A DNA stretch of 64,000 nucleotides from a bacterium (GCA_021779375.1 JAJYAT010000001.1:40724-104723); one strand, 5' to 3'. Counted from the stretch's first letter, positions 36,940 through 47,610 are shown. The notes: generated from the sequence alone by a model not told the origin. Program-made: numbers and translations.

Positions 36940-37119
36940 CCCTGCCAAACGAGGAGAGACTTTTCTGAGAGCAACAATTAGTTTAAAATCTTTTCGGTTT
37001 GGAAATTGGCACCAAGCTGACAGATTCGAAAGTGTCCTCCGCCGAGCGGGGGAAATCCGAGTGGAACCTCCCGGTGTAAATCGGGACTCGGAACGAGTAA
37101 TCGTTTCGAGTTGTTTTTT
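36940..37119 (+). promoter_or_regulatory. T-box riboswitch leader controlling glyQS (candidate specifier GGC-A at 37008-37011)
   Basis: Canonical antiterminator: helix A1 CCGAG (37057-61) / CTCGG (37087-91); 7-nt bulge UGGAACC (37062-68); helix A2 TCCCG (37069-73) / CGGGA (37082-86); 8-nt loop. The bulge's UGGA is complementary to the U-CCA end of tRNA-Gly (discriminator U). A mutually exclusive terminator uses 37086-37096. Stem I upstream was not resolved by eye. Confidence 0.75.
37086..37119 (+). terminator. Intrinsic terminator of the T-box leader
   Basis: ACTCGGAACGA - GTAA - TCGTTTCGAGT (11 bp including one G-U) followed by TGTTTTTT. The 5' arm overlaps the antiterminator 3' strands. 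Confidence 0.8.
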
Positions 37120-37120
37120 A

Positions 37121-37165
37121 AACTTAATCCTTATTCCTTACTAACTTAATTCTTAATCCTCTCCC
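37121..37165 (+). repeat. Heptad-periodic CTTA leader array abutting the glyQS start
   Basis: aacttaatccttattccttactaacttaattcttaatcctctccc|ATG. CTTA occurs at 37123, 37130, 37137, 37145 and 37152 (spacing 7,7,8,7). 34 of 35 nt are identical to 43244-43278. Confidence 0.85.
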
Positions 37166-38563
37166 ATGTCTGCCACCTCTCTCGATCAAATCGTTTCGCT
37201 CTGCAAACAGCGCGGCTTCATCTTCCCCGGCTCAGAAATCTACGGCGGACTGGCGAATACCTGGGATTACGGTCCAGTCGGCGTCGAGCTAAAAAATAAT
37301 GTGAAAAAGTTTTGGTGGGATTTTTGGGTGACGAATCGTGATGATGTCGTCGGCGTCGACGCTGCGATCTTGATGAATCCGCGAGTCTGGGAAGCGAGCG
37401 GTCATGTCTCGAATTTCTCCGATCCGCTCGTCGACTGCAAAGCCTGCAAAAAAAGACACCGCGGCGACAAGCTACTTGAAGAAAAACTCGGCGTCGAAGC
37501 GATCGCGGGCATCGCGCTCGTCGATGTCACGCCCCGACTTTTGGCGGAAAAAATCGCCTGCCCGGACTGCGGCAAATGCGACTGGGCGGAGGCGAAACAA
37601 TTCAACCTCATGTTCCGCACTTCGCAGGGCGTGACGGAAGATTCGGAAAGAGAGATTTACATGCGCCCGGAGACAGCACAGGGAATTTTTGTGAATTTCA
37701 AAAATGTGCTGAATTCGAGCCGCAAGCGCCTGCCCTTCGGCATCGCACAGATCGGGAAAGCTTTTCGCAATGAAATCACGCCGGGCAACTTCACTTTCCG
37801 CACGCGCGAATTCGAACAAATGGAGGTCGAGTATTTTTGCGCTGAAAAAGATTGGGAGAAAATTTATCCGGAACTCGAGCAAGCGAGCTGGGATTTTTTC
37901 GCGAAACTAGGAATCAATGGGGGAAATTTGCGCTGGCGCAAACACGACGATGCCGAGCTTTCACATTATTCGCGGCTGACGAAAGACATCGAATACAAAT
38001 TCCCCTGGGGCTGGGGCGAACTCCAGGGACTCGCCTACCGTACGGATTTTGATTTGAAACAGCATGCGAAATTTTCCGGCGAGTCTATGGACTACCTCGA
38101 TCCCGAGACGAATGCGAAATTCGTACCGCACTGCATCGAACCAAGTTTCGGCTGCGACCGCACAGTGCTGACCGTCTTGCTCGACGCCTACACTGAGGAC
38201 GAAGTGAATGGCGAGAAACGCGTCGTGATGAAATTCGATCCCAAGATCGCACCAATCAAAGTCGCGGTTTTGCCACTCTCGAAAAAGGAAAATCTGACGA
38301 AAAAAGCGCGGGAAATTTACGACCTGCTGAGAAAAGAATTCCGCACGGAATACGACGAGACACAATCCATCGGCAAACGCTACCGCCGCCAAGATGAAAT
38401 CGGCACGCCACTCTGCGTGACAGTCGACTTCGGCACCATCGGCGAAGATGACGGACAATCGAAAAAAGATTGCGTCACCGTCCGCGACCGCGATTCGCTC
38501 GAACAAGTCGAGGTTCCAATCGAAAAATTGGCTGCAGTTGTCAAAGAAAAATTAGGCAATTAA
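37166..38563 (+). CDS. glyQS: Glycine--tRNA ligase (alpha2 dimeric GlyQS type)
   Basis: 465 aa. Contains [26 protein letters not shown], class II motifs ([21 protein letters not shown]) and the anticodon-binding C-terminus. Confidence 0.9.
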   Translation: MSATSLDQIVSLCKQRGFIFPGSEIYGGLANTWDYGPVGVELKNNVKKFWWDFWVTNRDDVVGVDAAILMNPRVWEASGHVSNFSDPLVDCKACKKRHRGDKLLEEKLGVEAIAGIALVDVTPRLLAEKIACPDCGKCDWAEAKQFNLMFRTSQGVTEDSEREIYMRPETAQGIFVNFKNVLNSSRKRLPFGIAQIGKAFRNEITPGNFTFRTREFEQMEVEYFCAEKDWEKIYPELEQASWDFFAKLGINGGNLRWRKHDDAELSHYSRLTKDIEYKFPWGWGELQGLAYRTDFDLKQHAKFSGESMDYLDPETNAKFVPHCIEPSFGCDRTVLTVLLDAYTEDEVNGEKRVVMKFDPKIAPIKVAVLPLSKKENLTKKAREIYDLLRKEFRTEYDETQSIGKRYRRQDEIGTPLCVTVDFGTIGEDDGQSKKDCVTVRDRDSLEQVEVPIEKLAAVVKEKLGN

Positions 38564-38576
38564 ACTCCCGCAACAA

Positions 38577-38613
38577 AACTTAGTTCTTAATTCTTACAAA
38601 CTTAATCCTTCCC
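38577..38613 (+). repeat. Heptad-periodic CTTA leader array abutting the ndk start
   Basis: aacttagttcttaattcttacaaacttaatccttccc, then aa|ATG. CTTA occurs at 38579, 38586, 38593 and 38601, with CTTC at 38608, the same 7,7,8,7 spacing. Confidence 0.8.
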
Positions 38614-38615
38614 AA

Positions 38616-39080
38616 ATGCAAACCACTCTCGTCATTTTCAAACCAGACTGCGTCCTGCGCGGACTCGTCGGTGAGATTCTCGCCCGCTTCGAGAAACGCG
38701 GACTCAAGATTGTCGCGATTAAAAAAATGAAACTCTCGACTGAGCTTTTGACTGAACATTACGGACATTTGAAAGACAAGCCTTTTTTCCCGGGAATCGT
38801 CGCCGCGATGCAACGCACGCCAGTAATTGTTTTAGCTTTGCGTGGCGTCAACGCCGCCGAGGTCGCCCGCAAAATGGCAGGTGCGACGAATGCCCGCGAC
38901 GCGGAAGTCGGTACGATTCGCGGTGATCTCGCAGTCTCGATTCAAAATAATCTCGTCCACATTTCCGATTCGCCGGAGTCCGCGGAGATTGAGGTAAAAA
39001 GATTTTTCACAGCGGAAGAATTGGTCGACCCAGCCGACGAAGAACTCGGAGTGCTTTATTCGAAAGATGAATTAAATTAA
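38616..39080 (+). CDS. ndk: Nucleoside-diphosphate kinase
   Basis: Contains TLVIFKPDCVLRGLVGEILARFEKRGLKIVAIK, GATNA and NLVHISDS (active-site His). Confidence 0.9.
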   Translation: MQTTLVIFKPDCVLRGLVGEILARFEKRGLKIVAIKKMKLSTELLTEHYGHLKDKPFFPGIVAAMQRTPVIVLALRGVNAAEVARKMAGATNARDAEVGTIRGDLAVSIQNNLVHISDSPESAEIEVKRFFTAEELVDPADEELGVLYSKDELN

Positions 39081-39105
39081 GATTGGAAAAACTGAAGTTA
39101 AAAAA

Positions 39106-39137
39106 CTTTTTTCTTAATCCTTAATTCTTAATTCTTT
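39106..39137 (+). repeat. Heptad-periodic CTT(A/T) leader array running into the TTG start of the sugar transferase gene
   Basis: CTTT/CTTA occurs at 39106, 39113, 39120, 39127 and 39134, a perfect 7-nt period (cttttttcttaatccttaattcttaattcttTG). Confidence 0.8.
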
Positions 39138-40608
39138 GGTGGTGAAACGAGCCGAAATTTTTTTTAACGCACTCCGCCTGCCGACAGATTTTGTCGCAAC
39201 GGCGAGTGCGTTTTTCGTCGCGCGCGCCATCCGCCTCGACCCAACTTTCCTAGCGAATTTTCAATCACCCGCCAATACGAATCTGGATTTCGGCGACTTC
39301 ACGAAATTGGTCGCACTCGCGAGCGGCGGTCTGATTTTGATTTTCGCCGTCAACGGAATGTACCGAATGCGCTCGCGGAATTTGGGACGCGATTTCCGCC
39401 AAATAATTTTCCTGGTCGCAGCCTGGCTACTAATTTTGACGGCTTATTTTTTCTTCCGCCGCGAATTCTTCTTCTCACGCCTCGCGCTCGTCTACGTCGG
39501 AATTTTGAGCGTTTTCTTTATTTTGGCGGGACGAATTTTGGTGCGTTTTTTCCAAAGAATTTTTTGGCAAGCCGGCATCGGCGTGACGAAAATTTTGGTA
39601 ATCGGGACGAATCCGAATTCGCTCGTGCTGGGTAATTTCCTCGCAGGCAATCCACGCTTCCGCTTCGCTGGCTTCGTCGAAGTTGCCTGCCCTCGACTCC
39701 GATCGGGGGGAAAACTGCCGCACGCTTTTCCGAAAAATCCGATTGGCGAAATCGCCGATTTGGAAAAAATCGTGCGCCGACGCGAGATTGGCGAAATTAT
39801 TTTGGCGAGTCGGAAATTGTCGCACGAAAAAATGCGCGAACTGCTCGCGTTTTGTCGCGTCAATCATATCGGTTTTTCTTTCGTCCCCGATCTACTGGAA
39901 GTCCCACAGAAAAATGTCGAAGTCGATGAGGTGGCAGGCATTCCCCTGATTTCGCTGCGACCGACACCGCTCAACGGCTGGGGTCGCGTCGGCAAAAGAA
40001 TTTTTGACTTTTTTGGCAGTCTGTTTTTTTTAATTTTGACCGCGCCGATTTGGCTCGTGACTGCCATCGCCATCAAGCTCGATTCGCGCGGTCCGGTTTT
40101 TTTCGTCCGGAAAGATGACGGTTCGAAAGTCGTCCGCATCGGCAAACACGGTCGGGCTTTTGGTTTCGTGAAATTCCGCTCGATGCGCGCGAAGTCAGAC
40201 TCGCTGCGCTACTCGCGCGAATTGGCAGCGCAAAATACGCGCCGGAATTCTCCGCTCGTGAAAATCGAAAACGATCCCCGCATCACGCGCGTCGGGAAAT
40301 TTATCCGGAAATATTCCATCGACGAATTACCGCAGCTGCTAAATGTTTTGACCGGCAAAATGAGTCTCGTCGGACCGCGCCCGCACCTCCCCGAGGAAGT
40401 CGCGAAATACCGCGCGCACCATCGCCGCGTCCTCGGCATCAAGCCGGGCATCACCGGACTCGGACAAATCTCGGGGCGCAGCGACCTCGACTTCGAGGAG
40501 GAAGTCGCACTCGATACTTGGTACATCGAGCACTGGAGCATTTGGTTGGATTTGAAAATCCTCTGGAAAACAATCGGCGTCGTGCTTTTCCCGAAGCACC
40601 GCGAGTAG
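39136..40608 (+). CDS. Polyprenyl-phosphate glycosyl-1-phosphate transferase (WbaP/exopolysaccharide sugar transferase family)
   Basis: TTG start. N-terminal TM block. C-terminal bacterial sugar-transferase domain KRIFDFFGSLFFLILTAPIWLVTAIAIKLDSRGPVFF...DELPQLLNVLTGKMSLVGPRP. Confidence 0.85.
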   Translation: MVVKRAEIFFNALRLPTDFVATASAFFVARAIRLDPTFLANFQSPANTNLDFGDFTKLVALASGGLILIFAVNGMYRMRSRNLGRDFRQIIFLVAAWLLILTAYFFFRREFFFSRLALVYVGILSVFFILAGRILVRFFQRIFWQAGIGVTKILVIGTNPNSLVLGNFLAGNPRFRFAGFVEVACPRLRSGGKLPHAFPKNPIGEIADLEKIVRRREIGEIILASRKLSHEKMRELLAFCRVNHIGFSFVPDLLEVPQKNVEVDEVAGIPLISLRPTPLNGWGRVGKRIFDFFGSLFFLILTAPIWLVTAIAIKLDSRGPVFFVRKDDGSKVVRIGKHGRAFGFVKFRSMRAKSDSLRYSRELAAQNTRRNSPLVKIENDPRITRVGKFIRKYSIDELPQLLNVLTGKMSLVGPRPHLPEEVAKYRAHHRRVLGIKPGITGLGQISGRSDLDFEEEVALDTWYIEHWSIWLDLKILWKTIGVVLFPKHRE

Positions 40609-40658
40609 CCGAAAAAAACAAAGCGCGCTAAGCTCTCGCCAACCTACCCAATCCGACG

Positions 40659-41870
40659 ATGGCCTTCGTCTCTCAATTCATCCGAACCGAAATCACTGAC
40701 AGCGCCGACCAAACCCTGGGCAAATTGGTCGACTTTATCGCTGAATTAAACGAGGACAAATTCCCGCCGATTGTAGCCTTGGTTTTGCGCGAAGCGAAAA
40801 CCAAAACGCTGCGTCTCATTCCGACCGAATACATCGCCAATCTCGATCGCGGCGAAATCGACCTCACGACACTCGCTAGCAAACTCAAGTCGTATGCGCC
40901 GCACAAAAATGATTTGTGGCTCTACCGTGATGTCCTGGACAAACAAATCGTCGATCTCGAAGGCACGCGTGTCGTCCGCGTGAATGATCTGCGTTTCAGT
41001 ATGGTGAATGGTCGCCTGCGTGTCCTCGGCATCGATGTCAGTACGCGCGGCGTTTTGCGCCGAGTCGGTCTGGACCGCCTGAAACTTTTTAATTTTTTGA
41101 AGCCGCGTTTTATCGACTGGGAAAAAGTCCGCATCGTCGGCAACGCACTGCAACTTTCGACGCTCGCCGCGGATCTCGTGGAATTACATCCGGCTGATTT
41201 GGCTAACATCGTCGAAGATCTCAATCCTGACCAGTCTGAGAAAATCATGCAATCGCTCGACAGTGAAACCGTCGCCAAAGTTTTCGAAGAATTGGAACCG
41301 CATTTCAAACACAGCGCGCTCAAGAATCTCGATCAGAGAAAACTTTCGACCGTATTATCGCAAGTGCCGACCGATGAATTGGTGGATTATCTCAAATCAC
41401 TCACGGTCCGCGAGCGCCGCAAGATTCTCACGAAAATCACTTCCAGCAAGAAGAAAACCGTACAGCAATTTTTGGGCTATGAGAATGACACAGCCGGCGG
41501 ATTGCTCAGCACGGAATTCGTGAAAGGCAGCCGCGATTGGGATGTCAGTGAGGCTCGCGAGCATGTCCGCAAAGTTTCTGAGGCGCACCGGTCGATTAAT
41601 TTTATTTATCTCACTGATCGGCAGGATCATTTCGTCGGGACAGTTTCGCTACGCGCGCTCCTACTCGCCGATTCGAAAATGAAACTGCGCCGCATCATGA
41701 AACGTATCCGCGGACACCAAATCGTGCGCGTAGAGGCCTCGCTCAAAGACATCGCGCGCATCATGACGAAGTATAATCTTTCTTCGGTTGCGGTCGTGGA
41801 TGCCGAGCAAAAGATGCTGGGGGTGATTACCGTCGATGACTTGATGCGACAGCTCGTCCCCCACGCTTAA
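40659..41870 (+). CDS. Soluble MgtE-N + CBS-pair protein (PRC-barrel-like N-terminus); lacks the MgtE membrane domain
   Basis: 403 aa with no hydrophobic helices. MgtE_N-like region LHPADLANIVEDLNPDQSEKIMQSLDSETVAKVFEELEP...LVDYLKSL. CBS pair (FVGTVSLRALLL..., MLGVITVDDLMRQL). It ends where the MgtE TM domain would begin. Confidence 0.7.
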   Translation: MAFVSQFIRTEITDSADQTLGKLVDFIAELNEDKFPPIVALVLREAKTKTLRLIPTEYIANLDRGEIDLTTLASKLKSYAPHKNDLWLYRDVLDKQIVDLEGTRVVRVNDLRFSMVNGRLRVLGIDVSTRGVLRRVGLDRLKLFNFLKPRFIDWEKVRIVGNALQLSTLAADLVELHPADLANIVEDLNPDQSEKIMQSLDSETVAKVFEELEPHFKHSALKNLDQRKLSTVLSQVPTDELVDYLKSLTVRERRKILTKITSSKKKTVQQFLGYENDTAGGLLSTEFVKGSRDWDVSEAREHVRKVSEAHRSINFIYLTDRQDHFVGTVSLRALLLADSKMKLRRIMKRIRGHQIVRVEASLKDIARIMTKYNLSSVAVVDAEQKMLGVITVDDLMRQLVPHA

Positions 41871-41901
41871 ATTTTTTAATTGAATCAATCAATCCGAAGC
41901 T

Positions 41902-43179
41902 ATGTTGGAAAGATGGAAAAATCTTCGTGCGCGGTTGATGATTTTTTTGGCGATCGCCGGACCGGGACTCATCACCGCCTCGGTCGACAATGACTCGGGC
42001 GGCATCGCGACCTACGCCCTAGCCGGTGCGCGCTTTGGCTATGGTCTGCTCTGGACGCTCATCCCGATCACGCTACTCCTAATCTTCACGCTCGATCTTT
42101 CGACGAAACTCGGCATCACCACACGCACCGGACTCGCCGCACTCATCCGCGAAAAATTTCGCATACGACTCACGCTGCCACTTCTACTGCTCGTGCTGGT
42201 CGCGAATCTCGGCACGACCACGAGTGAATTCGCCGGCATTTCGTCTTCGTTCAAAATCTTTTTCGCGGGAACTTTCGCCAGTCATCCGCTGCTCGAAACT
42301 ATCTTTCAGTCTGGAATTATCTTGCTTTGCGCGGGCTTGATTTGGTTTTTTATTTTGAAAGGAACTTATAAGCGCATTGAAAAAACCTTCATCGTCTTGG
42401 TGCTTTTTTACGTCACTTACATTATCTCGGCGATTCTCGCGAAGCCGGACTGGAGTCTCGCGCTCAAGAGTTTGGTCATCCCGACTTTCGAATTCAACAC
42501 GGGCTTCCTACTCACGACAGTCGGCGTCATCGGCACGACCATCACGCCGTGGATGTATTTTTTCCATAATTCCACACTCGTCGAAAAAGGCGTGGAAAAA
42601 GAAAACCTGCGCAACAGCCGCATTGATGCGCTACTCGGCAGCATCATGACTGATGTGATTTCTTTCTTCGTCATCGTTGCAGTCGCCAGCACGATTTTCG
42701 TGAATCATTTGCCGGTCGCGACCGTGGCGGACATAGGACAATCACTAGTACCTCTAGCTGGAAAATACGCCGGGTTTTTGTTTGCCTTCGGCTTACTCAA
42801 CGCTTCACTCTTCGGCGCCGCCGTCTTGCCCCTCTCCACCGCCTACACCATCTGCGAAGCACTCGGCTGGGAGACAGGCATCGACAAAGGTTTTCGCACC
42901 GCGCCGCAGTTTTACGCGATCTTCACCGGCATGATTGCCATCAGCGCTGGCATCATTCTCACGCCGAAGATACCGCTCTTGCTCATCATGTTCACGTCGC
43001 AAATCGCCAATGGTTTGCTGCTGCCGTTTTTCTTGGTCTACCTCATGCTCCTCGCCGAAGATGAAAAACTGATGGGTCGCTACCGCTTGAAAGGATTCCT
43101 GCGCTACTTCGGCTGGATCGCCACGACAATTTTAATCGTGCTCAACCTCATGACTGCCGCAGCGCCTTTGTTCCAATAA
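41902..43179 (+). CDS. NRAMP/SLC11-family transporter with non-canonical metal-site residues (NRMT-like)
   Basis: 425 aa, 11-12 TM. TM1 GPGLITASVDNDSGGIATY aligns without gaps to the canonical GPAF...DPGN.AT (Asp kept, Asn to Gly). TM6 GTTITPWMYFFHNS aligns to the canonical GA(T/V)(I/V)MPH (Ala to Thr, Met to Thr, His to Trp). Confidence 0.75.
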   Translation: MLERWKNLRARLMIFLAIAGPGLITASVDNDSGGIATYALAGARFGYGLLWTLIPITLLLIFTLDLSTKLGITTRTGLAALIREKFRIRLTLPLLLLVLVANLGTTTSEFAGISSSFKIFFAGTFASHPLLETIFQSGIILLCAGLIWFFILKGTYKRIEKTFIVLVLFYVTYIISAILAKPDWSLALKSLVIPTFEFNTGFLLTTVGVIGTTITPWMYFFHNSTLVEKGVEKENLRNSRIDALLGSIMTDVISFFVIVAVASTIFVNHLPVATVADIGQSLVPLAGKYAGFLFAFGLLNASLFGAAVLPLSTAYTICEALGWETGIDKGFRTAPQFYAIFTGMIAISAGIILTPKIPLLLIMFTSQIANGLLLPFFLVYLMLLAEDEKLMGRYRLKGFLRYFGWIATTILIVLNLMTAAAPLFQ

Positions 43180-43243
43180 TTTAAAACTGAAAAATAAGAG
43201 TGGAATCTGAAAACATTTAGAACAACTAGAACAAATCCAAACC

Positions 43244-43278
43244 AACTTAGTCCTTATTCCTTACTAACTTAATTCTTA
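43244..43278 (+). repeat. Heptad-periodic CTTA leader array abutting the yhhQ-like start
   Basis: aacttagtccttattccttactaacttaattctta, then cca|ATG. CTTA occurs at 43246, 43253, 43260, 43268 and 43275. Near-identical to the glyQS array. Confidence 0.85.
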
Positions 43279-43281
43279 CCA

Positions 43282-43953
43282 ATGCGCTCCTACCGCCACC
43301 TCGACACCATCACCGCGATTTTCGTCGCCGTGCTTTTGATTTCGAATATCGCTTCGACCAAGATTGTCGCCTTCGGGCCTTTTTCTTTCGACGGCGGCAC
43401 TTTACTCTTCCCGCTCGCTTACATCTTCGGCGATGTTTTGACGGAAGTCTACGGCTACGCGCGCAGCCGCCGCGTGATCTGGCTAGGATTTTTGGCAGCC
43501 GCTCTGCTCGCCGGAGTTTTGTCAATCGTGAATGCTCTGCCAGCCGCAAGCGATTGGACCGGACAAGCCGCATTTGAAACAATCCTCGGACAAACTCCGC
43601 GCATCGTCGCCGCCAGCCTGCTCGCCTATTTCGCCGGTGAATTTACGAATTCTTTTGTGCTTGCGAAGCTGAAAATTTTTACTTCGGGAAAATATCTCTG
43701 GATACGCACGATTGGTTCGACGCTCATCGGTGAAGGTCTCGACACTGCCATTTTTTGCCTGGTCGCCTTCGCTGGAGTTTTCAGCAACGAACTTCTACTC
43801 GTCGTAATTATTTCGAATTATATTTTCAAAGTCGGCGTCGAAGTGCTCGCGACTCCGCTGACTTATGCAGTCGTCGCCTGGCTGAAGCGCGCCGAAAATG
43901 AAGATTATTACGACCGCAAAACCAACTTCAATCCCTTCAAGATAGAAATCTGA
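43282..43953 (+). CDS. yhhQ: Queuosine-precursor transporter (YhhQ/VUT, DUF165 family)
   Basis: 223 aa with 6 TM. Contains LLFPLAYIFGDVLTEVYGYARSRRVIW and IGEGLDT. Confidence 0.8.
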   Translation: MRSYRHLDTITAIFVAVLLISNIASTKIVAFGPFSFDGGTLLFPLAYIFGDVLTEVYGYARSRRVIWLGFLAAALLAGVLSIVNALPAASDWTGQAAFETILGQTPRIVAASLLAYFAGEFTNSFVLAKLKIFTSGKYLWIRTIGSTLIGEGLDTAIFCLVAFAGVFSNELLLVVIISNYIFKVGVEVLATPLTYAVVAWLKRAENEDYYDRKTNFNPFKIEI

Positions 43954-44022
43954 ATATGCGAAGCAGCCCCATCTGTTGACAAAACTAAAATTTATGAGAA
44001 AATCAGCGACCTCTAAATTTTA

Positions 44023-44397
44023 ATGGTGGCTGAAATTAAATCTACAACCGATCGACCGTCTGAAACTGAATCAGCCAGAATTAAAAGTTTAAGGCGAACA
44101 ATTGACCGCATCTTTGCGACTCAACTTTCACAAGTTGCCTCAAGGAATTTTCGTAAAATATTCGCTAAAGACAGGCGACGCGAAATGACCTGGCATAATC
44201 TCGATGAATTTGAACTGGAGGGTCCAAAAGAAATGCTCGAATTTGCCGTAGTGTCAGCGAATAAAGCAGAAGTCGCGCTAATCACCGAAAACAGGGATGC
44301 TCTCGGTCTGCTCGGAATATGCCTGTGTATAAATTTTGACGGCAGGATTGCCATGCTCATGAAGAGAGAAGCCCGGAGACTAAAAGCGTTGGATTGA
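44023..44397 (+). CDS. Hypothetical 124-aa protein
   Basis: Isolated ORF between yhhQ and fusA. No motif recognised. Confidence 0.35.
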   Translation: MVAEIKSTTDRPSETESARIKSLRRTIDRIFATQLSQVASRNFRKIFAKDRRREMTWHNLDEFELEGPKEMLEFAVVSANKAEVALITENRDALGLLGICLCINFDGRIAMLMKREARRLKALD

Positions 44398-44546
44398 TTC
44401 TTATTAATTTGCCGAAAGTAAAGTTTTTCTTTAAAATCTCGCGGCTTTCGAAATTGTTCAAGCTACCCTGAGTGTTCTCAGTGTTTAATTACATTTAGAA
44501 CAAAGCGTAGCAGTCAAACAGTTCGAACAATTCTAAATTTTCAAAA

Positions 44547-46634
<2,088 letters not shown>

Positions 46635-46670
46635 TTTTCTTCGTCCGAAATTATTGTTTTGCAATACGTA

Positions 46671-46700
46671 AAAGCGCGATTAATCGCGCTTTTACTTTTG
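46671..46700 (+). terminator. Intrinsic terminator after fusA
   Basis: AAAGCGCGAT-TA-ATCGCGCTTT (GC core GCGCG/CGCGC) followed by TACTTTT. Confidence 0.65.
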
Positions 46701-46747
46701 ACCGAATTTAGTTTTTTATAATAAAATGCAGCCTTTAAAAAATTCTC

Positions 46748-47557
46748 ATGCGACCAGTTCCTGCCAAATCCGAAGCCACACGCAAACGACGACCGGATCT
46801 AAATGCACGCATGATTTACTGTCAAAGTGCGCGCGCGATTCTCGCCCAACTTCCCAACGAACACTCTTGGGTTGCACGCAAGAAAATAGCACTAGAGGAA
46901 TTTTTCGGAATAGACCCCATCAACGCTTGGGTAGCCCAGGAAAGACAAAAACTTTTCGACGCTTTAAAAAAATATCCTGGCAAGCATTACAATGAGGCAG
47001 GCGCGAAACTCGAAGCCCTTTTCCTCGAATTCGAGCGTGATATCCAAGCAGTCCTACCACATCTAAAACAAATACCTAAAAAAACTGAGCTCGACTTTTC
47101 GTCTGAGCAAATCCAAACAGACTTAGCCGCGGCGCGGATTGACCCTTATTACGCGAGAAAATTAGGATCTGAAACGGAAGATTCTTTTGAAATCCCAACC
47201 CAAGACGCCGAGCAACGTTTTGATGTAAAAATATTTTTAAGCGAGAACAAGATCGTTATTCAGGGAAAAAGAGCGCATGAAGCAATGCAATGGCTGGAAA
47301 GAATCACCGAACCTGAACCAGCGCCTGGCATGACTATCGTAGGTACCATAATCAAAATTACAGATTTCGGATTTTTTGTTGATTTCGGACCAAGAAGAGA
47401 TGGGCTAGTTCACAATTCCGAAATCACTTTGGGTTCTAAAAATCCGCGTCCTTTGCAAGAAGGAGAAACAATCCAAGCTGAAATCCTAGAAATTAACAGG
47501 AGTGGCCACATTCGGCTAGGAAATGCCCTTCGTCTAGATACGAATCTAAACCTGTAG
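46748..47557 (+). CDS. Protein with C-terminal S1 RNA-binding domain
   Basis: 269 aa. MTIVGTIIKITDFGFFVDFGPRRDGLVHNSEI...GETIQAEILEINRSGHIRL is an S1/OB pattern. The N-terminal 190 aa are unassigned. Confidence 0.6.
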   Translation: MRPVPAKSEATRKRRPDLNARMIYCQSARAILAQLPNEHSWVARKKIALEEFFGIDPINAWVAQERQKLFDALKKYPGKHYNEAGAKLEALFLEFERDIQAVLPHLKQIPKKTELDFSSEQIQTDLAAARIDPYYARKLGSETEDSFEIPTQDAEQRFDVKIFLSENKIVIQGKRAHEAMQWLERITEPEPAPGMTIVGTIIKITDFGFFVDFGPRRDGLVHNSEITLGSKNPRPLQEGETIQAEILEINRSGHIRLGNALRLDTNLNL

Positions 47558-47582
47558 GATTCATTCAAACCATGAAAAAACC

Positions 47583-47610
47583 GTAGGGAACGCAGATCTG
47601 CGTTCCCTAC
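47583..47610. terminator. Perfect 28-nt palindrome GTAGGGAACGCAGATCTGCGTTCCCTAC between convergent genes (likely bidirectional terminator/REP-like element); second identical copy at 55263-55290
   Basis: Read directly. 14+14 nt with perfect dyad symmetry. It lies between the stop at 47557 (+) and the stop at 47641 (-). Confidence 0.7.

Noticed and set aside
36940-37056. A full canonical T-box Stem I (K-turn, distal AG bulge/loop, enclosed specifier loop).
   Set aside because: I could pair only CCAAACG (36945-36951) with CGGTTTGG (36994-37001), and could not find a lower helix enclosing the GGC. The specifier assignment is therefore tentative, although the antiterminator is convincing.
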